A DNA stretch of 58,053 bases, taken from Coleofasciculus sp. B1-GNL1-01. GTDB taxonomy: Bacteria > Cyanobacteriota > Cyanobacteriia > Cyanobacteriales > Coleofasciculaceae. Positions 9,832-19,418 of the stretch are shown one piece after another. Location of the stretch: the NCBI GenBank assembly GCA_040220235.1, contig JAVJTO010000151.1; one strand, written 5' to 3'. A model generated the notes under the pieces. It was not told the DNA's origin, did not search any database, and saw nothing but the letters and a program-made list of their open reading frames with translations. Each line of letters starts with the position of its first letter. Position 1 is the stretch's first letter. A program made the position numbers and the translations under genes.

Positions 9832-10821
9832 ATGAGGAAATTAAGTCAAATATTTTTCGGAAAAACAGGTAGAAAAAACAACGAATTGATGCCAACTTCA
9901 ATTAATGATCCGGATTGGCAGAAACGGAATTGGTTTCGTCTTGCTTTAAGCGTAAAAGGGTCAGTCATTATAGCTATTTTACCTCGCGTTATCTTATGCA
10001 GTATTTTTGGTTTGGTTATTTCACTCTTTTATGAGCTTGGATTTTCCGTATCTTTGCCCGTTTTGAGTGGACTGGTTCCCAGTATTGTCTTAGGTTTACT
10101 CTTAGTTTTCCGAACCAATACGGCTTACGAACATTTTTGGGAAGGTCGTAAAATTTGGGGAATGTTAGTTAATACAGTTCGTAACTTGGCTCGCCAGATT
10201 TGGACTGCTATCGCCGAAAATAACTCAGAAGATAAACAGGCTAAAGAAGAAACCTTGCGCTTATTAGTAGCGTTTGCTGTAGCGACTAAGCAACATCTCC
10301 GAGGAGAGCGATCGCACCGTGAGTTAGAACCGTTGATGTCAGCAGAACGGTATCAAATTCTCCAATCCATGAATCACCCACCCCTGGAAATTGCTTTTTG
10401 GATTGGAGATTATCTGCAAAAGCAGCACGAACGGGATTACCTCAACACCTATCAACTCACTGCCATGTTGAAATTACTCGATATAATGGTTGACCTTTTA
10501 GGGATGTGTGAACGGATTCTCAAGACTCCTATCCCTTTAGGTTATTCGATTCATTTGAAGCAATTGTTATTAATTTATTGCCTATCACTGCCATTTCCGA
10601 TGGTTAGCGAACTGAATTGGCTAACTGGGATAGTTGTGGGAGTGATTAGTTTTGCTGTGTTTGGGGTTGAGGAAATTGGCATTGAAATCGAAAATCCCTT
10701 TGGTTATGATACCAATGACTTACCCTTAGATACAATTTGCACGACAATGCAACACAATATTGAAGATTTAATCACGTTAGAGCCTTTTGTCAGGCATTGG
10801 AAAATGACCAATAACCAATAA
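9832..10821 (+). CDS. Bestrophin-family (UPF0187) ion channel
   Basis: LGLLLVFRTNTAY..FWEGRKIWG, CERILKTPIP and EIENPFGYDTNDLPLD motifs. Confidence 0.92.
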   Translation: MRKLSQIFFGKTGRKNNELMPTSINDPDWQKRNWFRLALSVKGSVIIAILPRVILCSIFGLVISLFYELGFSVSLPVLSGLVPSIVLGLLLVFRTNTAYEHFWEGRKIWGMLVNTVRNLARQIWTAIAENNSEDKQAKEETLRLLVAFAVATKQHLRGERSHRELEPLMSAERYQILQSMNHPPLEIAFWIGDYLQKQHERDYLNTYQLTAMLKLLDIMVDLLGMCERILKTPIPLGYSIHLKQLLLIYCLSLPFPMVSELNWLTGIVVGVISFAVFGVEEIGIEIENPFGYDTNDLPLDTICTTMQHNIEDLITLEPFVRHWKMTNNQ

Positions 10822-10916
10822 AAAATGATAACTTACTTGCCATGCTAAACGGTTATCGAATTATTGATGCAGACGCCCTAACACCTATCCCCACCACAAC
10901 ACTTATTCAGCAGCCC

Positions 10917-12278
10917 CTATTTAGAGTGTTGAGTACGAATATAGTATTCAAAACTTACCCCAGCCACCATAATACCGCAACCGCACAGTAAAAAAACTAG
11001 GGATTTGAACAGTAAATCGGTATTGTACTCAACCATCCGACTTAAGACTTGCAACGTTAACAGCACCAACCCTCCCCAGAAAAAACGTCGTTGGGCTTGG
11101 GTGATTCCTTTACGGATTATACCGATCGCTAAAACGAGTAACATTAAATTGAACGTTAATACTGCCGCGATATCTAAAGAACCCGTCCTGAGATGCCAAT
11201 AGGGAATGACGGCGCTAATCACAATCATGAAAGCCACAAAGCTAGTTGTTCGGTTGAACTGACGCCAACGATGCAGCCATTCCCAAATTGTTATGCTGAC
11301 GAAGATAAACAGATTGACCAAAATATACCACGGTACATGAAAGGCGTTATTGGCAGATGGCATAAAGGAAACATTCCACATCCAGTAGAACGATAAGAGG
11401 AAAAATAAAAGACTGAGGAAAATAATGGCAAGTGTGCGGGCTGTCGTCTCAAAGGACTTAGCATGAGGAAGATACCGTCTCCAGAATCTATCCCTGTACC
11501 CCCATAATAAGGCTGGCGGAAGGGCGCAAGCGATCGCGCTAACCCAGGCGGGGGCGATTAAAATGTTGAGGCGTACTAAGTTCACCTCCAATGAATAAAT
11601 CACCGCGATCGCACCGAGGCGAAATATCCACCGAGAACCACACCAGTAGGCTAAGGGAATAAACATCACACCCGCGAGTACGGGCATAAATCGTACCATC
11701 AGCCGCAGCCAACCTATCTCTCCAATCGCCAAAAATTCGGGTTGTCCTTGTCCCTGAATATATCCAATTCCGATCAAAAGGGCAGAAAGTATGCCTAACC
11801 CAGTTAGCCGCAAGCTATACGCCATCCCCAAGACACCAACTCCCCAAAGCAGCAGCAATTGGTAAGCGGGTCTATTTTGCTGAAAGAGTTGGGATATCAG
11901 CGCCATATTTACCCCCAATATCAGCGCCCCTAGCATCAGCAATATTTGTCCTAAACGGCGTTGTCCTCCTTTAGGACGTTGCCACAAAACAAAGCCTGCT
12001 GTATTGAATCCAATAAACAGCAGCAGGAGTAACGCTACTTTCAACTCTCGCGACCAAACTTGCCAGTTGGCGGCGAAAAACGCGATCGCGCCTACGCCTA
12101 AAAGGATACTGCCGATCAGCAGCAGAATCGAGACAAATTGGTTACGGGAAGCCGTTTCGAGTTCCCCAAATTGATAGCGTTGGGCAAGTTGTTCATAGAC
12201 AGAGGGATCAATTAACCCCTCACTTTGCCATTGCTGTGCTTCTTGACGCAACTGACGACGAAACTTCTGGGAAGGCAT
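10917..12278 (-). CDS. DUF2157 multi-pass membrane protein
   Basis: QWQSEGLID, FFAANWQ, MALISQLFQ; many TM helices. Confidence 0.85.
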   Translation of the reverse strand: MPSQKFRRQLRQEAQQWQSEGLIDPSVYEQLAQRYQFGELETASRNQFVSILLLIGSILLGVGAIAFFAANWQVWSRELKVALLLLLFIGFNTAGFVLWQRPKGGQRRLGQILLMLGALILGVNMALISQLFQQNRPAYQLLLLWGVGVLGMAYSLRLTGLGILSALLIGIGYIQGQGQPEFLAIGEIGWLRLMVRFMPVLAGVMFIPLAYWCGSRWIFRLGAIAVIYSLEVNLVRLNILIAPAWVSAIACALPPALLWGYRDRFWRRYLPHAKSFETTARTLAIIFLSLLFFLLSFYWMWNVSFMPSANNAFHVPWYILVNLFIFVSITIWEWLHRWRQFNRTTSFVAFMIVISAVIPYWHLRTGSLDIAAVLTFNLMLLVLAIGIIRKGITQAQRRFFWGGLVLLTLQVLSRMVEYNTDLLFKSLVFLLCGCGIMVAGVSFEYYIRTQHSK

Positions 12279-12398
12279 ATTAGCATTTTAGTCCGGTTCT
12301 ACCTCTTAAAATGTTGTAACATTTTGAACATTCGAGTCGTTTGGGTAGAGCGTAAGCGTTATCCAATAAGCTAATCCGCCTCTATCAATTCTAGGGAA

Positions 12399-12461
12399 AG
12401 GGCGGGTTTTGTACTCCAGTCATGGGCAATTATCAATGTTAATCCCTAAACCCGCCCCTAC
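12399..12461 (-). repeat. GTAG-family REP doublet, 63 bp
   Basis: agggcgggtttt...aaacccgcccctac; spacer related to the copy at 14420. Confidence 0.8.
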
Positions 12462-12530
12462 AAATACTATCTAAATCTAGGCGAAATAAAAATTGAAATG
12501 CAATTGTTATTATGACCCATTAATTATTAT

Positions 12531-13652
12531 TTATGACTTTTCCAAATAAAGTTTTCGGGCATTGTCACAGAGAATCGCATAAGCAACTGATTCAGCTTCC
12601 TTTGCTGTCAAATCACCATCCTGAATCGCCCCATCTAACACCTGACTTAACACCTCTCGCCCCCATTTTGCGCCCAAATAATACAATTCTGGAATATTGT
12701 GAGCGTCGGAGGAATACATCAGTTTACTGGTTGGCGTCAGTTCTAACAGTTGCTGAACCGTTCGACGCATTCCAGCATGACTCAAAAACGGAACGGCTAA
12801 TCCAAAATCTAGATAGACTTGCGGATAAACAGATGCTAAATATCCAGCTTCCTGACTATAGGGATAAGCCGCGTGTAGTAGGACAATGGGGACGTTTTCA
12901 AAACGTTTATCTTCAAGGAGCGATCGCAGATACAAAGGATTGCTAAAGCGCAGATCCAAATCCGGGTCACCAAACCCTGTATGAAATTGTATCGGTAACT
13001 GATATTTGCCAGCAATTTCTAGAGCTTGGGTGATTACAAAATCAATAAATGGCTTGTCTGATAGGCGTAAGGATTGACTTGATGTTGGCTTGATTTCATC
13101 AAATCGTTGTTTAGCAAACTCCTTGGGTGTCCATTGAATATCTAAACCTGTTCGGTAGGCAGCCACACTTTTAAATCCCACAATTTCAGCCGATGGTGGA
13201 TCAAGCTGACTGCGGAACTGTTCCAAAAATATCTTAAAATTGTCTGACTCTATAATCAGCTTTTCTGCTAGATATTCCAATCGTAGAATCCGCTGCACAG
13301 GAACAAATTTCTGATGCCATTCCAGTGGCAGAATATCACCGGGCAAAAAGCCATCATCGAGAAATATTGCCTCAAGGTTAGAGGCATGAAAACATTTCTG
13401 CGTGAGTTTTTCTAACCCCAGTTGCCTGCGATGTTCAAGAATTACAGCTTCTGTTGGCTCACAATCCAAAAGTTGAGCAATATCCCGTAAACTACGACGG
13501 TAGAACAGGCTATAACGGGCATGATGATTAACAATATCAGGGTGATACCCTTCTGTAAAAGCCGCCGTATAAGGATAACGCTTTGTGGCGGAGGGGTTCA
13601 GTAGGTTGTGAGCATGTTGATCGATCGCGGCAATATCCCAGAGGTCGAGCAT
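12531..13652 (-). CDS. Amidohydrolase_2 family protein (FluG/NodGS N-terminal-like)
   Basis: IDQHAHN, FKSVAAYRTGL, PIQFHTGFGD, VLLHAAYPY and MYSSDAH metal-binding motifs. Confidence 0.88.
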   Translation of the reverse strand: MLDLWDIAAIDQHAHNLLNPSATKRYPYTAAFTEGYHPDIVNHHARYSLFYRRSLRDIAQLLDCEPTEAVILEHRRQLGLEKLTQKCFHASNLEAIFLDDGFLPGDILPLEWHQKFVPVQRILRLEYLAEKLIIESDNFKIFLEQFRSQLDPPSAEIVGFKSVAAYRTGLDIQWTPKEFAKQRFDEIKPTSSQSLRLSDKPFIDFVITQALEIAGKYQLPIQFHTGFGDPDLDLRFSNPLYLRSLLEDKRFENVPIVLLHAAYPYSQEAGYLASVYPQVYLDFGLAVPFLSHAGMRRTVQQLLELTPTSKLMYSSDAHNIPELYYLGAKWGREVLSQVLDGAIQDGDLTAKEAESVAYAILCDNARKLYLEKS

Positions 13653-13754
13653 TATTTGGGGTTGATGTTTAATTTTTCGTGATCTATTGTGAATTAATTT
13701 AGTGTAGTGTCTGATAATTTTACCAGCATTTACCCTAAATAAGTCCGACTACTT

Positions 13755-13831
13755 AGTAGTGAGCAAGATGCTCACACTACGACAAGGATTTCACCATTAT
13801 TGACATTAAGCTTTAAATGTGGAACAGCTTA
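13755..13831 (-). mobile_element. Partial MITE-like element, homologous to 36118-36245
   Basis: agtagtgagcaagatgctcacactac...aaggattt...attattgacattaag...cagctt is the reverse complement of most of the 36118 element; it abuts a GTCCGACTACTTA end of the 34229-type MITE family. Confidence 0.65.
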
Positions 13832-13924
13832 GCTTGACAGAGTACCACAATTGTGAGTTCTGACATTTGCTCGAAAGGCAAGCAAAGACGATAATAAAAC
13901 TCGATATTCTTTATTTCGTACACA

Positions 13925-14404
13925 ATGAAAACCTATTACCGTGACTTTTTAATTCGTGACTGGGAACCGCGCGATCGCGTCAACGCCGCCGAGGTGATTG
14001 GTTCAGTCTTGTCAGAATATGGTTTAACCTGGGAACCTAGGGGAGCTGATCGCGATGTGGTTGACGTCGAAACCTTCTATCAAACGGTTGGAGGAGAGTT
14101 TTGGGTAATCGAATACCAAGGTAAAGTTGTGGGAACCTCGGCGTATTATCCAGTCGAACGCGGCAAAAACGCTGTAGAAATCCGTAAAATGTACCTGCTT
14201 CCAGAGTTTAGAGGACAAGGACTCGGTAAATTTTTGTTGCAACAGCTTGAGGAAACAATTGCCAACCGGGGTTTCCAAGAAATTTGGATTGAAACCGCTA
14301 GCGCCCTCAAAGAAGCCATCCAGCTTTATGAAAATAGCGGCTATCAGCCAACCACAGGGGTAGAGACAAAGCGGTGCGATCGCGTTTATGTTAAACAACT
14401 ATAG
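13925..14404 (+). CDS. GNAT family N-acetyltransferase
   Basis: EIRKMYLLPEFRGQGLGK acetyl-CoA motif; AIQLYENSGY. Confidence 0.92.
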   Translation: MKTYYRDFLIRDWEPRDRVNAAEVIGSVLSEYGLTWEPRGADRDVVDVETFYQTVGGEFWVIEYQGKVVGTSAYYPVERGKNAVEIRKMYLLPEFRGQGLGKFLLQQLEETIANRGFQEIWIETASALKEAIQLYENSGYQPTTGVETKRCDRVYVKQL

Positions 14405-14419
14405 TATAGTTTTGAGTGT

Positions 14420-14482
14420 GTAGGGGCAGGTTTAGGGACTAACTTTTATAATTGACCCTAACTGGATTACAAAACCCGCCCT
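14420..14482 (+). repeat. GTAG-family REP doublet, 63 bp
   Basis: gtaggggcaggttt...aaaacccgccct between convergent genes. Confidence 0.8.
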
Positions 14483-14534
14483 GACTGAATTTTGCATTAA
14501 CCCTCTCATCTCCTAGACGTGCCATGGCACGTCT

Positions 14535-15989
14535 CTACAACTCCTGCTTCCCAACCAGCCAATAGCTGATCATTTTCCCTTTTCCCTTAACCGTAATCGT
14601 ACCTCGTTCTTCAAATACATACTGATCCTGCAAACGCTCTTTCGTCGCCGCCGTGACTTGAATTTTTCCCGGAAGTCCAGATGATTCCATGCGAGACGCC
14701 ACATTAACTGCATCTCCCCAAAGATCATAACTGAACTTTTTGATCCCAATTACACCAGCCACTACCAAACCCGTATTAATGCCAATGCGAATTTGAAAAG
14801 GTTCCCCTTGTGGTGTTTTAAACTGTTGAATGGCTTGTTGCATATCCAACGCCATGTTCGCAATGGCTTCAGCATGGTGATCATTCGCGATCGGTAAACC
14901 TGCCACCGCCATATAAGCATCGCCAATCGTTTTGATTTTCTCAATGCTATGTTTTTCGGCTAATTTATCAAAACTAGAGAAAATATTATTTAATAAATTA
15001 AGCAGTTCTAAGGGAGACATTTGAGCCGCAAGGTGCGTAAAGCCGACAATATCAGCAAATAAGATAGTCGCTTCTGTAAATTGTTGGGCTAAACTTCCCT
15101 CAAACTGTTTTAATTGGTCAACAATTGGCTTGGGTAAAATGTTGAGCAATAACCGTTCTGACTTTTCTTGTTCTAAACGCAGGGCTTGTTCGGCTTTGAT
15201 GCGATCGGTAATATCGGATTGGATGCCGACAAAATGAGTTAGGTTATTATGGTCATCATAAATGGGGGAAATTGTCAACTCATTCCAGAATGGTGTTCCA
15301 TCTTTCCGATAATTGAGTAAGGTAACGGTGCAATTTTCTCCAGCTTTAATCGCCGCACGGAGTTGATCAACTGCCAACTGACTGGTATCTTTTCCTTGCA
15401 AGAAACGACAATTATAACCTAGGACTTCAGCGTCAGAGTAACCTGTTATTTCCTCAAAGGCAGGATTAACATAGATAAGCGGCATATCTGGTAAACGCGC
15501 ATCAGCAATGACAATGCCGACACTACTCGCCGCGATCGCTTGATCCCGTAGCTTAACGGTTTCCTGGACTCTTTTGCGATATGCCTGACTACCTCGCCAA
15601 TTGCTTTCGGTGACATCATGGGCAATACCATGGCTTACACTATTTTGATAGGCTCCCAAACGCCAAAACAGCCAACGATAGCTTCCGTCTCGACAACGAA
15701 AGCGATTTTTAAGGCAGATTGGGGTTTTATTATCCTGGAGAGTGTGACATTGATTCTCCATATCAAAGGTGAATGCCACATCATCAGGATGAACAAACTC
15801 TAACCAAGGGCGCGATCGCAGTTCATCTAACGTCCAGCCTAGAGTCTTTTCCCAAACTGAGTTGAGTTCCCTAAAATACCCGTTACTGTCACGGATACAC
15901 AACAAATCAGCAGAAAGATCGAAAAAGGCTTGGAGAGATGCTTCCCCATGGAATAGGTTTGGCTCATTCTCCTCACAAGAAGGATTCAT
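14535..15989 (-). CDS. PAS-LOV-class III adenylate cyclase (mPAC-type blue-light-activated adenylate cyclase)
   Basis: N-terminal PAS (WLEFVHPDD); LOV with photoactive Cys GYNCRFLQG and NYRKDGTPFWN; cyclase ILFADIVGFT, KIKTIGDAYM, YDLWGDAVNVASRMES with ATP-type K/D residues. Confidence 0.93.
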   Translation of the reverse strand: MNPSCEENEPNLFHGEASLQAFFDLSADLLCIRDSNGYFRELNSVWEKTLGWTLDELRSRPWLEFVHPDDVAFTFDMENQCHTLQDNKTPICLKNRFRCRDGSYRWLFWRLGAYQNSVSHGIAHDVTESNWRGSQAYRKRVQETVKLRDQAIAASSVGIVIADARLPDMPLIYVNPAFEEITGYSDAEVLGYNCRFLQGKDTSQLAVDQLRAAIKAGENCTVTLLNYRKDGTPFWNELTISPIYDDHNNLTHFVGIQSDITDRIKAEQALRLEQEKSERLLLNILPKPIVDQLKQFEGSLAQQFTEATILFADIVGFTHLAAQMSPLELLNLLNNIFSSFDKLAEKHSIEKIKTIGDAYMAVAGLPIANDHHAEAIANMALDMQQAIQQFKTPQGEPFQIRIGINTGLVVAGVIGIKKFSYDLWGDAVNVASRMESSGLPGKIQVTAATKERLQDQYVFEERGTITVKGKGKMISYWLVGKQEL

Positions 15990-16176
15990 TGGACATGTTC
16001 CAGGGAAGATTTACGGTCGGTTTTTGCACCCTCTATCAAAATTTTTTATGCAATTTCAATTATTACATTGACTTCATAAAGTGTAGAATCATATTATAGA
16101 TAGCGCTTTTTCAACATTTTTGCGAAAAAGACGCTAGATATAGTGGGTTTTTGACGTTTAGCGTTTAGATTTTTAA

Positions 16177-16914
16177 TTAACGACTCAATGCATCTAAAAA
16201 GCTCTGTAGCGTAGAGAGAAACCCTGGTTTTTTTGCAGCAGGTGTATCTTCTGAGTCACCGCTACCCGTTACTTTAGCAATAATCAATTCTAAGGCATCT
16301 CCTACAGGTTTTTGCGGTTCTTCAGCAATAAGCTGATAGGCATTTTCCTTTTCCAGCCAGATTTGCCATAGTCCCGGATAAACCCGAAGTAGAGCCGCCC
16401 CATCCAGAGGTTGGACGTAGTAACAAGAGGTGATGGTACTGAGAAACCGTTCACGGAGTTGACGGGCGGCATAGCCAATACCCACCACTTTCAGATCTTC
16501 AAGCTGAGGCGTGAGTAAGACACAGGGGCGATCGCCTGCCAAATTGCAGAGTTTTTCCACTTGACTCACTTCCACCGCCGAAGGGGACACAATCAAAAAT
16601 GCCTCATCCTCTGGTTGAATCCTACTTTCGACAGGGGAGCGACTTGTACCAATGTCTGTTACTTTAAACGGCGTTTCTCCCCAGTCTCGACGGGCAAGTG
16701 CCGCCGCCCCAGCATCAGGGAAGAGAACCTTTAGCCCCGAACCATACTGTTCAAAGATCGGGGTAAATTGCCATGCAATGGATTGGGCTTGCAGAGCAAT
16801 CTCTGGAAACACTAACTCGACTTGCAGGCGAGTGTATCCATCATTGAGGGCAGCTTGTGTCGCTTCGCGAGCTTGAGCGATCGCTTCGTCTAACGTTTGA
16901 GGAAGTTCAGCCAT
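16177..16914 (-). CDS. DUF1995 family protein
   Basis: ALNDGYTRLQVELVFPE and FPDAGAAALARRDW are typical of cyanobacterial/plastid DUF1995. Confidence 0.85.
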   Translation of the reverse strand: MAELPQTLDEAIAQAREATQAALNDGYTRLQVELVFPEIALQAQSIAWQFTPIFEQYGSGLKVLFPDAGAAALARRDWGETPFKVTDIGTSRSPVESRIQPEDEAFLIVSPSAVEVSQVEKLCNLAGDRPCVLLTPQLEDLKVVGIGYAARQLRERFLSTITSCYYVQPLDGAALLRVYPGLWQIWLEKENAYQLIAEEPQKPVGDALELIIAKVTGSGDSEDTPAAKKPGFLSTLQSFLDALSR

Positions 16915-17044
16915 CGGTCATTTGTCCTTAGTCCTTTGTCCTTTATCCTTGATTGTTTGTTCGTCGTGTCCTTTCGATTGTAACGAACTATGAATCACAA
17001 ATGGGAACAGGGAGTCGTTTTGAGTGTTGAAAAAGGCATCAAAA

Positions 17045-17079
17045 GACGGTAGGGGTTTAGTTACCAAATCCCTACCGTC
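17045..17079. terminator. GTAG-type hairpin / probable terminator downstream of the glycosyltransferase
   Basis: gacggtagggg...tccctaccgtc inverted repeat. Confidence 0.5.
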
Positions 17080-17130
17080 TGAAACGCCTAGCTGCAAGAA
17101 TCAGAATACAACAGGTCAGCGCTGGGTAGT

Positions 17131-18399
17131 TCACGCGCTGGCTTGTTCCAACACCTGGGAGGAATTTCGGACTAACTGGAGATAAAGATCACTAAGTTGA
17201 TGCGCTACACCATCCCAGCTAAACTTTTCTTCCACTCGCAGTCTTGCCCTTTGACCCAATTGATTGCGCCAATCAGGGTGTGACAAAATCCGATCTATGG
17301 CTTCAGCAAACGCCACCTCATCTTTAGGCGGTGCCAGTAATCCGGTTTCTTCGGGTACGACAGTAAATTGCAAACCACCGACATCACTGGCAATAACTGG
17401 CGTACTACAGGCCATGGCTTCAATTGCCACCAGACCAAAGGGTTCATAGTGACTGGGAACCACACAGACATCAGCCGCCGTATAGTAAACCGATAGAAGT
17501 TCATCGCTAATGCGTCCGGTAAATGTGGTAATATCCCTCATCCCCAATTCATCCACGATCGCCTCAATCCGTTCTCGCTCAATCCCATCACTATGACCCG
17601 GACGAGATCCCCCACCAATAATCAGTTTCACTTGGGGATCATGGCGTATCTGAGAGCAACCCACAGCGCGAACTAGCGTTTCTATGCCTTTACGCGGATC
17701 AAAGCGTCCCACATAAAAGATGATTTTGTCATCAGGATTCCATCCTAATTCAAGTCTTGCTTGAGGACGGTCAATCGCGCCAAAGCGTTCAATGTCTGTG
17801 CCACAGGGAATGATCTGAATATGACCCTTACTCGAAACCAGCGATCGTATATGGTCTCTTTCTTGGGGAGACGTAGCCACCGTGCGATCGGCTGTCTCTA
17901 ACACCGCTTTTTCCACCTCCAAGCGAGTACCCGCAATCATGGGGATCGCTTCAACTGACTGGTATTTCACCGCACCGAGAGAATGGTAAGTATGAACTTG
18001 GGGAATCGATTGCCGCTTTTTCCACTGCATCCCTACCCAAGCGGAAATCCAATAGTTGGTATGCACTAGGGAATACCGAACACCTTCCCACTCCTGAAAC
18101 CGCAGCAGATTATCTAAGAACTCCCCGGTATAGCCAAAGATCTTATCCCGTGGCACAAATGCCTCTGGACCGGCTTTCAAACGAATAGTCCGACAACGGG
18201 GACTATGTTCTACAATTGTCGGATCATCAGCATTGGCTTTTCGGGTAAACATATCTACATGCCATCCCAGATGGGCAAGGGCTTCACCCAGATGGCGCAC
18301 GTAAACATTCTGTCCACCCGCTTCTTCCTTACCAATTTCCACAGCGGGATCGCCATGAACTGAGATGAGAGCAATATGCTGTCTATGTTTACTGTTCAT
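17131..18399 (-). CDS. GT4 glycosyltransferase, minimal sucrose-phosphate synthase type (Anabaena SpsA/SpsB-like)
   Basis: IALISVHGDP..IGKEEAGGQNVYV, HTNYWIS, HTYHSLG, GRFDPRKG and EPFGLVAIEAMAC motifs. Confidence 0.85.
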   Translation of the reverse strand: MNSKHRQHIALISVHGDPAVEIGKEEAGGQNVYVRHLGEALAHLGWHVDMFTRKANADDPTIVEHSPRCRTIRLKAGPEAFVPRDKIFGYTGEFLDNLLRFQEWEGVRYSLVHTNYWISAWVGMQWKKRQSIPQVHTYHSLGAVKYQSVEAIPMIAGTRLEVEKAVLETADRTVATSPQERDHIRSLVSSKGHIQIIPCGTDIERFGAIDRPQARLELGWNPDDKIIFYVGRFDPRKGIETLVRAVGCSQIRHDPQVKLIIGGGSRPGHSDGIERERIEAIVDELGMRDITTFTGRISDELLSVYYTAADVCVVPSHYEPFGLVAIEAMACSTPVIASDVGGLQFTVVPEETGLLAPPKDEVAFAEAIDRILSHPDWRNQLGQRARLRVEEKFSWDGVAHQLSDLYLQLVRNSSQVLEQASA

Positions 18400-18425
18400 A
18401 AGTTGGTCTAATCCTCGATTTCAAC

Positions 18426-18558
18426 AAGGGTTAAGCTGAAGTAAGCGTTTGATACTTGTGCGGTTTTTCCCTCCGTTCAGGTTTTGGGTTGAGAAAACCT
18501 TAAACGCTGAGGGCTTTATCCGCATCAGACTACAGGATGGTAAATGCGATGAACCCTT
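18426..18558 (-). promoter_or_regulatory. Candidate structured 5' leader RNA of the SPS-type gene
   Basis: Nested complementary segments AAGGGTT/AACCCTT, TGCGG/CCGCA, CCCTC/GAGGG and CGTTCAGGTTTT/AAAACCTTAAACG, ending 27 nt before the ATG. Confidence 0.45.
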
Positions 18559-18971
18559 AATTTGCGATAAACAAAGGGTGAACTAACTATATCAGTGGGA
18601 ATATTTGTACCACGTTTCCCTCCCTTGTACTTTTCAAGAGAAATAATTAAGTAACTGAAACGACCTAGGTTCAGGCTGGTAATTCCCAACTATAGAGCTT
18701 GAGAAAGGATTTCCGCTTTCAGAACATGGACGGCTTCACCAGACTACACCAAATTTCATAGCAAACCTCATCATTGTTGTATACAGCTTAAAGGGTGCAG
18801 ACGTAGCAATAGATGATCAAAAGAGCTGAGTTGTACTCATTTGAAGAGAGTATAGCTTTTAGAATTAAAAGTTGCAATATGTAACAAAATATTTAGTTAT
18901 ATGAAGATATCACCACAGGCAGTCCGCAGTTGCTGCCAATAGGGAACAGGGAACAGTAAAGAATATCCTAG

Positions 18972-19067
18972 TACCCAGTTGCGTTCAAAGATAGCAGATA
19001 GAGTAGATGGGGTGAGGGGGTGAGGGGGAGCAAAAGAAAGTTCTACATTAGACTGCAACTTGGTATA
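18972..19067. mobile_element. MITE-like element
   Basis: Imperfect terminal inverted repeats tacccagttgcgttc / gactgcaacttggta; G-rich repeated interior. Confidence 0.55.
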
Positions 19068-19197
19068 ACCTGTCTTGGTAGCTACTATATGTACTCGTAT
19101 TTAACCGCACGCAACTTGATCGGGTGAGGAATTTGCATCCAGTCACCACTAGACAAAAAAGGATTATAATCTGCTATGATAGTTCAGACACCACCTT

Positions 19198-19286
19198 GGA
19201 GAGGTGGCTGAGTGGTCGAAAGCGGCAGATTGCTAATCTGTTGAAGTGTTTAGGCGCTTCCGAGGGTTCGAATCCCTCCCTCTCCG
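19198..19286 (+). tRNA. tRNA-Ser(GCT)
   Basis: GGAGAGG acceptor stem pairs with CCTCTCC-G; anticodon arm GCAGA-TT-GCT-AA-TCTGT; long variable arm; GGTTCGAATCC T-loop. Confidence 0.97.
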
Positions 19287-19418
19287 TTTTATTAACTCCT
19301 CAAGTTGAACTAAGCTATTGGTTCAGCGTTTGCCGTAGCCAGAAATCAGTCATCCTGATATGACAGTGGCTGGGATACCAGCGAACATGACAAAGGACAA
19401 AGGACAAATGACGAATGA

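Noticed and set aside
19124..19363. 79 aa ORF
   Set aside because: It overlaps tRNA-Ser(GCT) completely.
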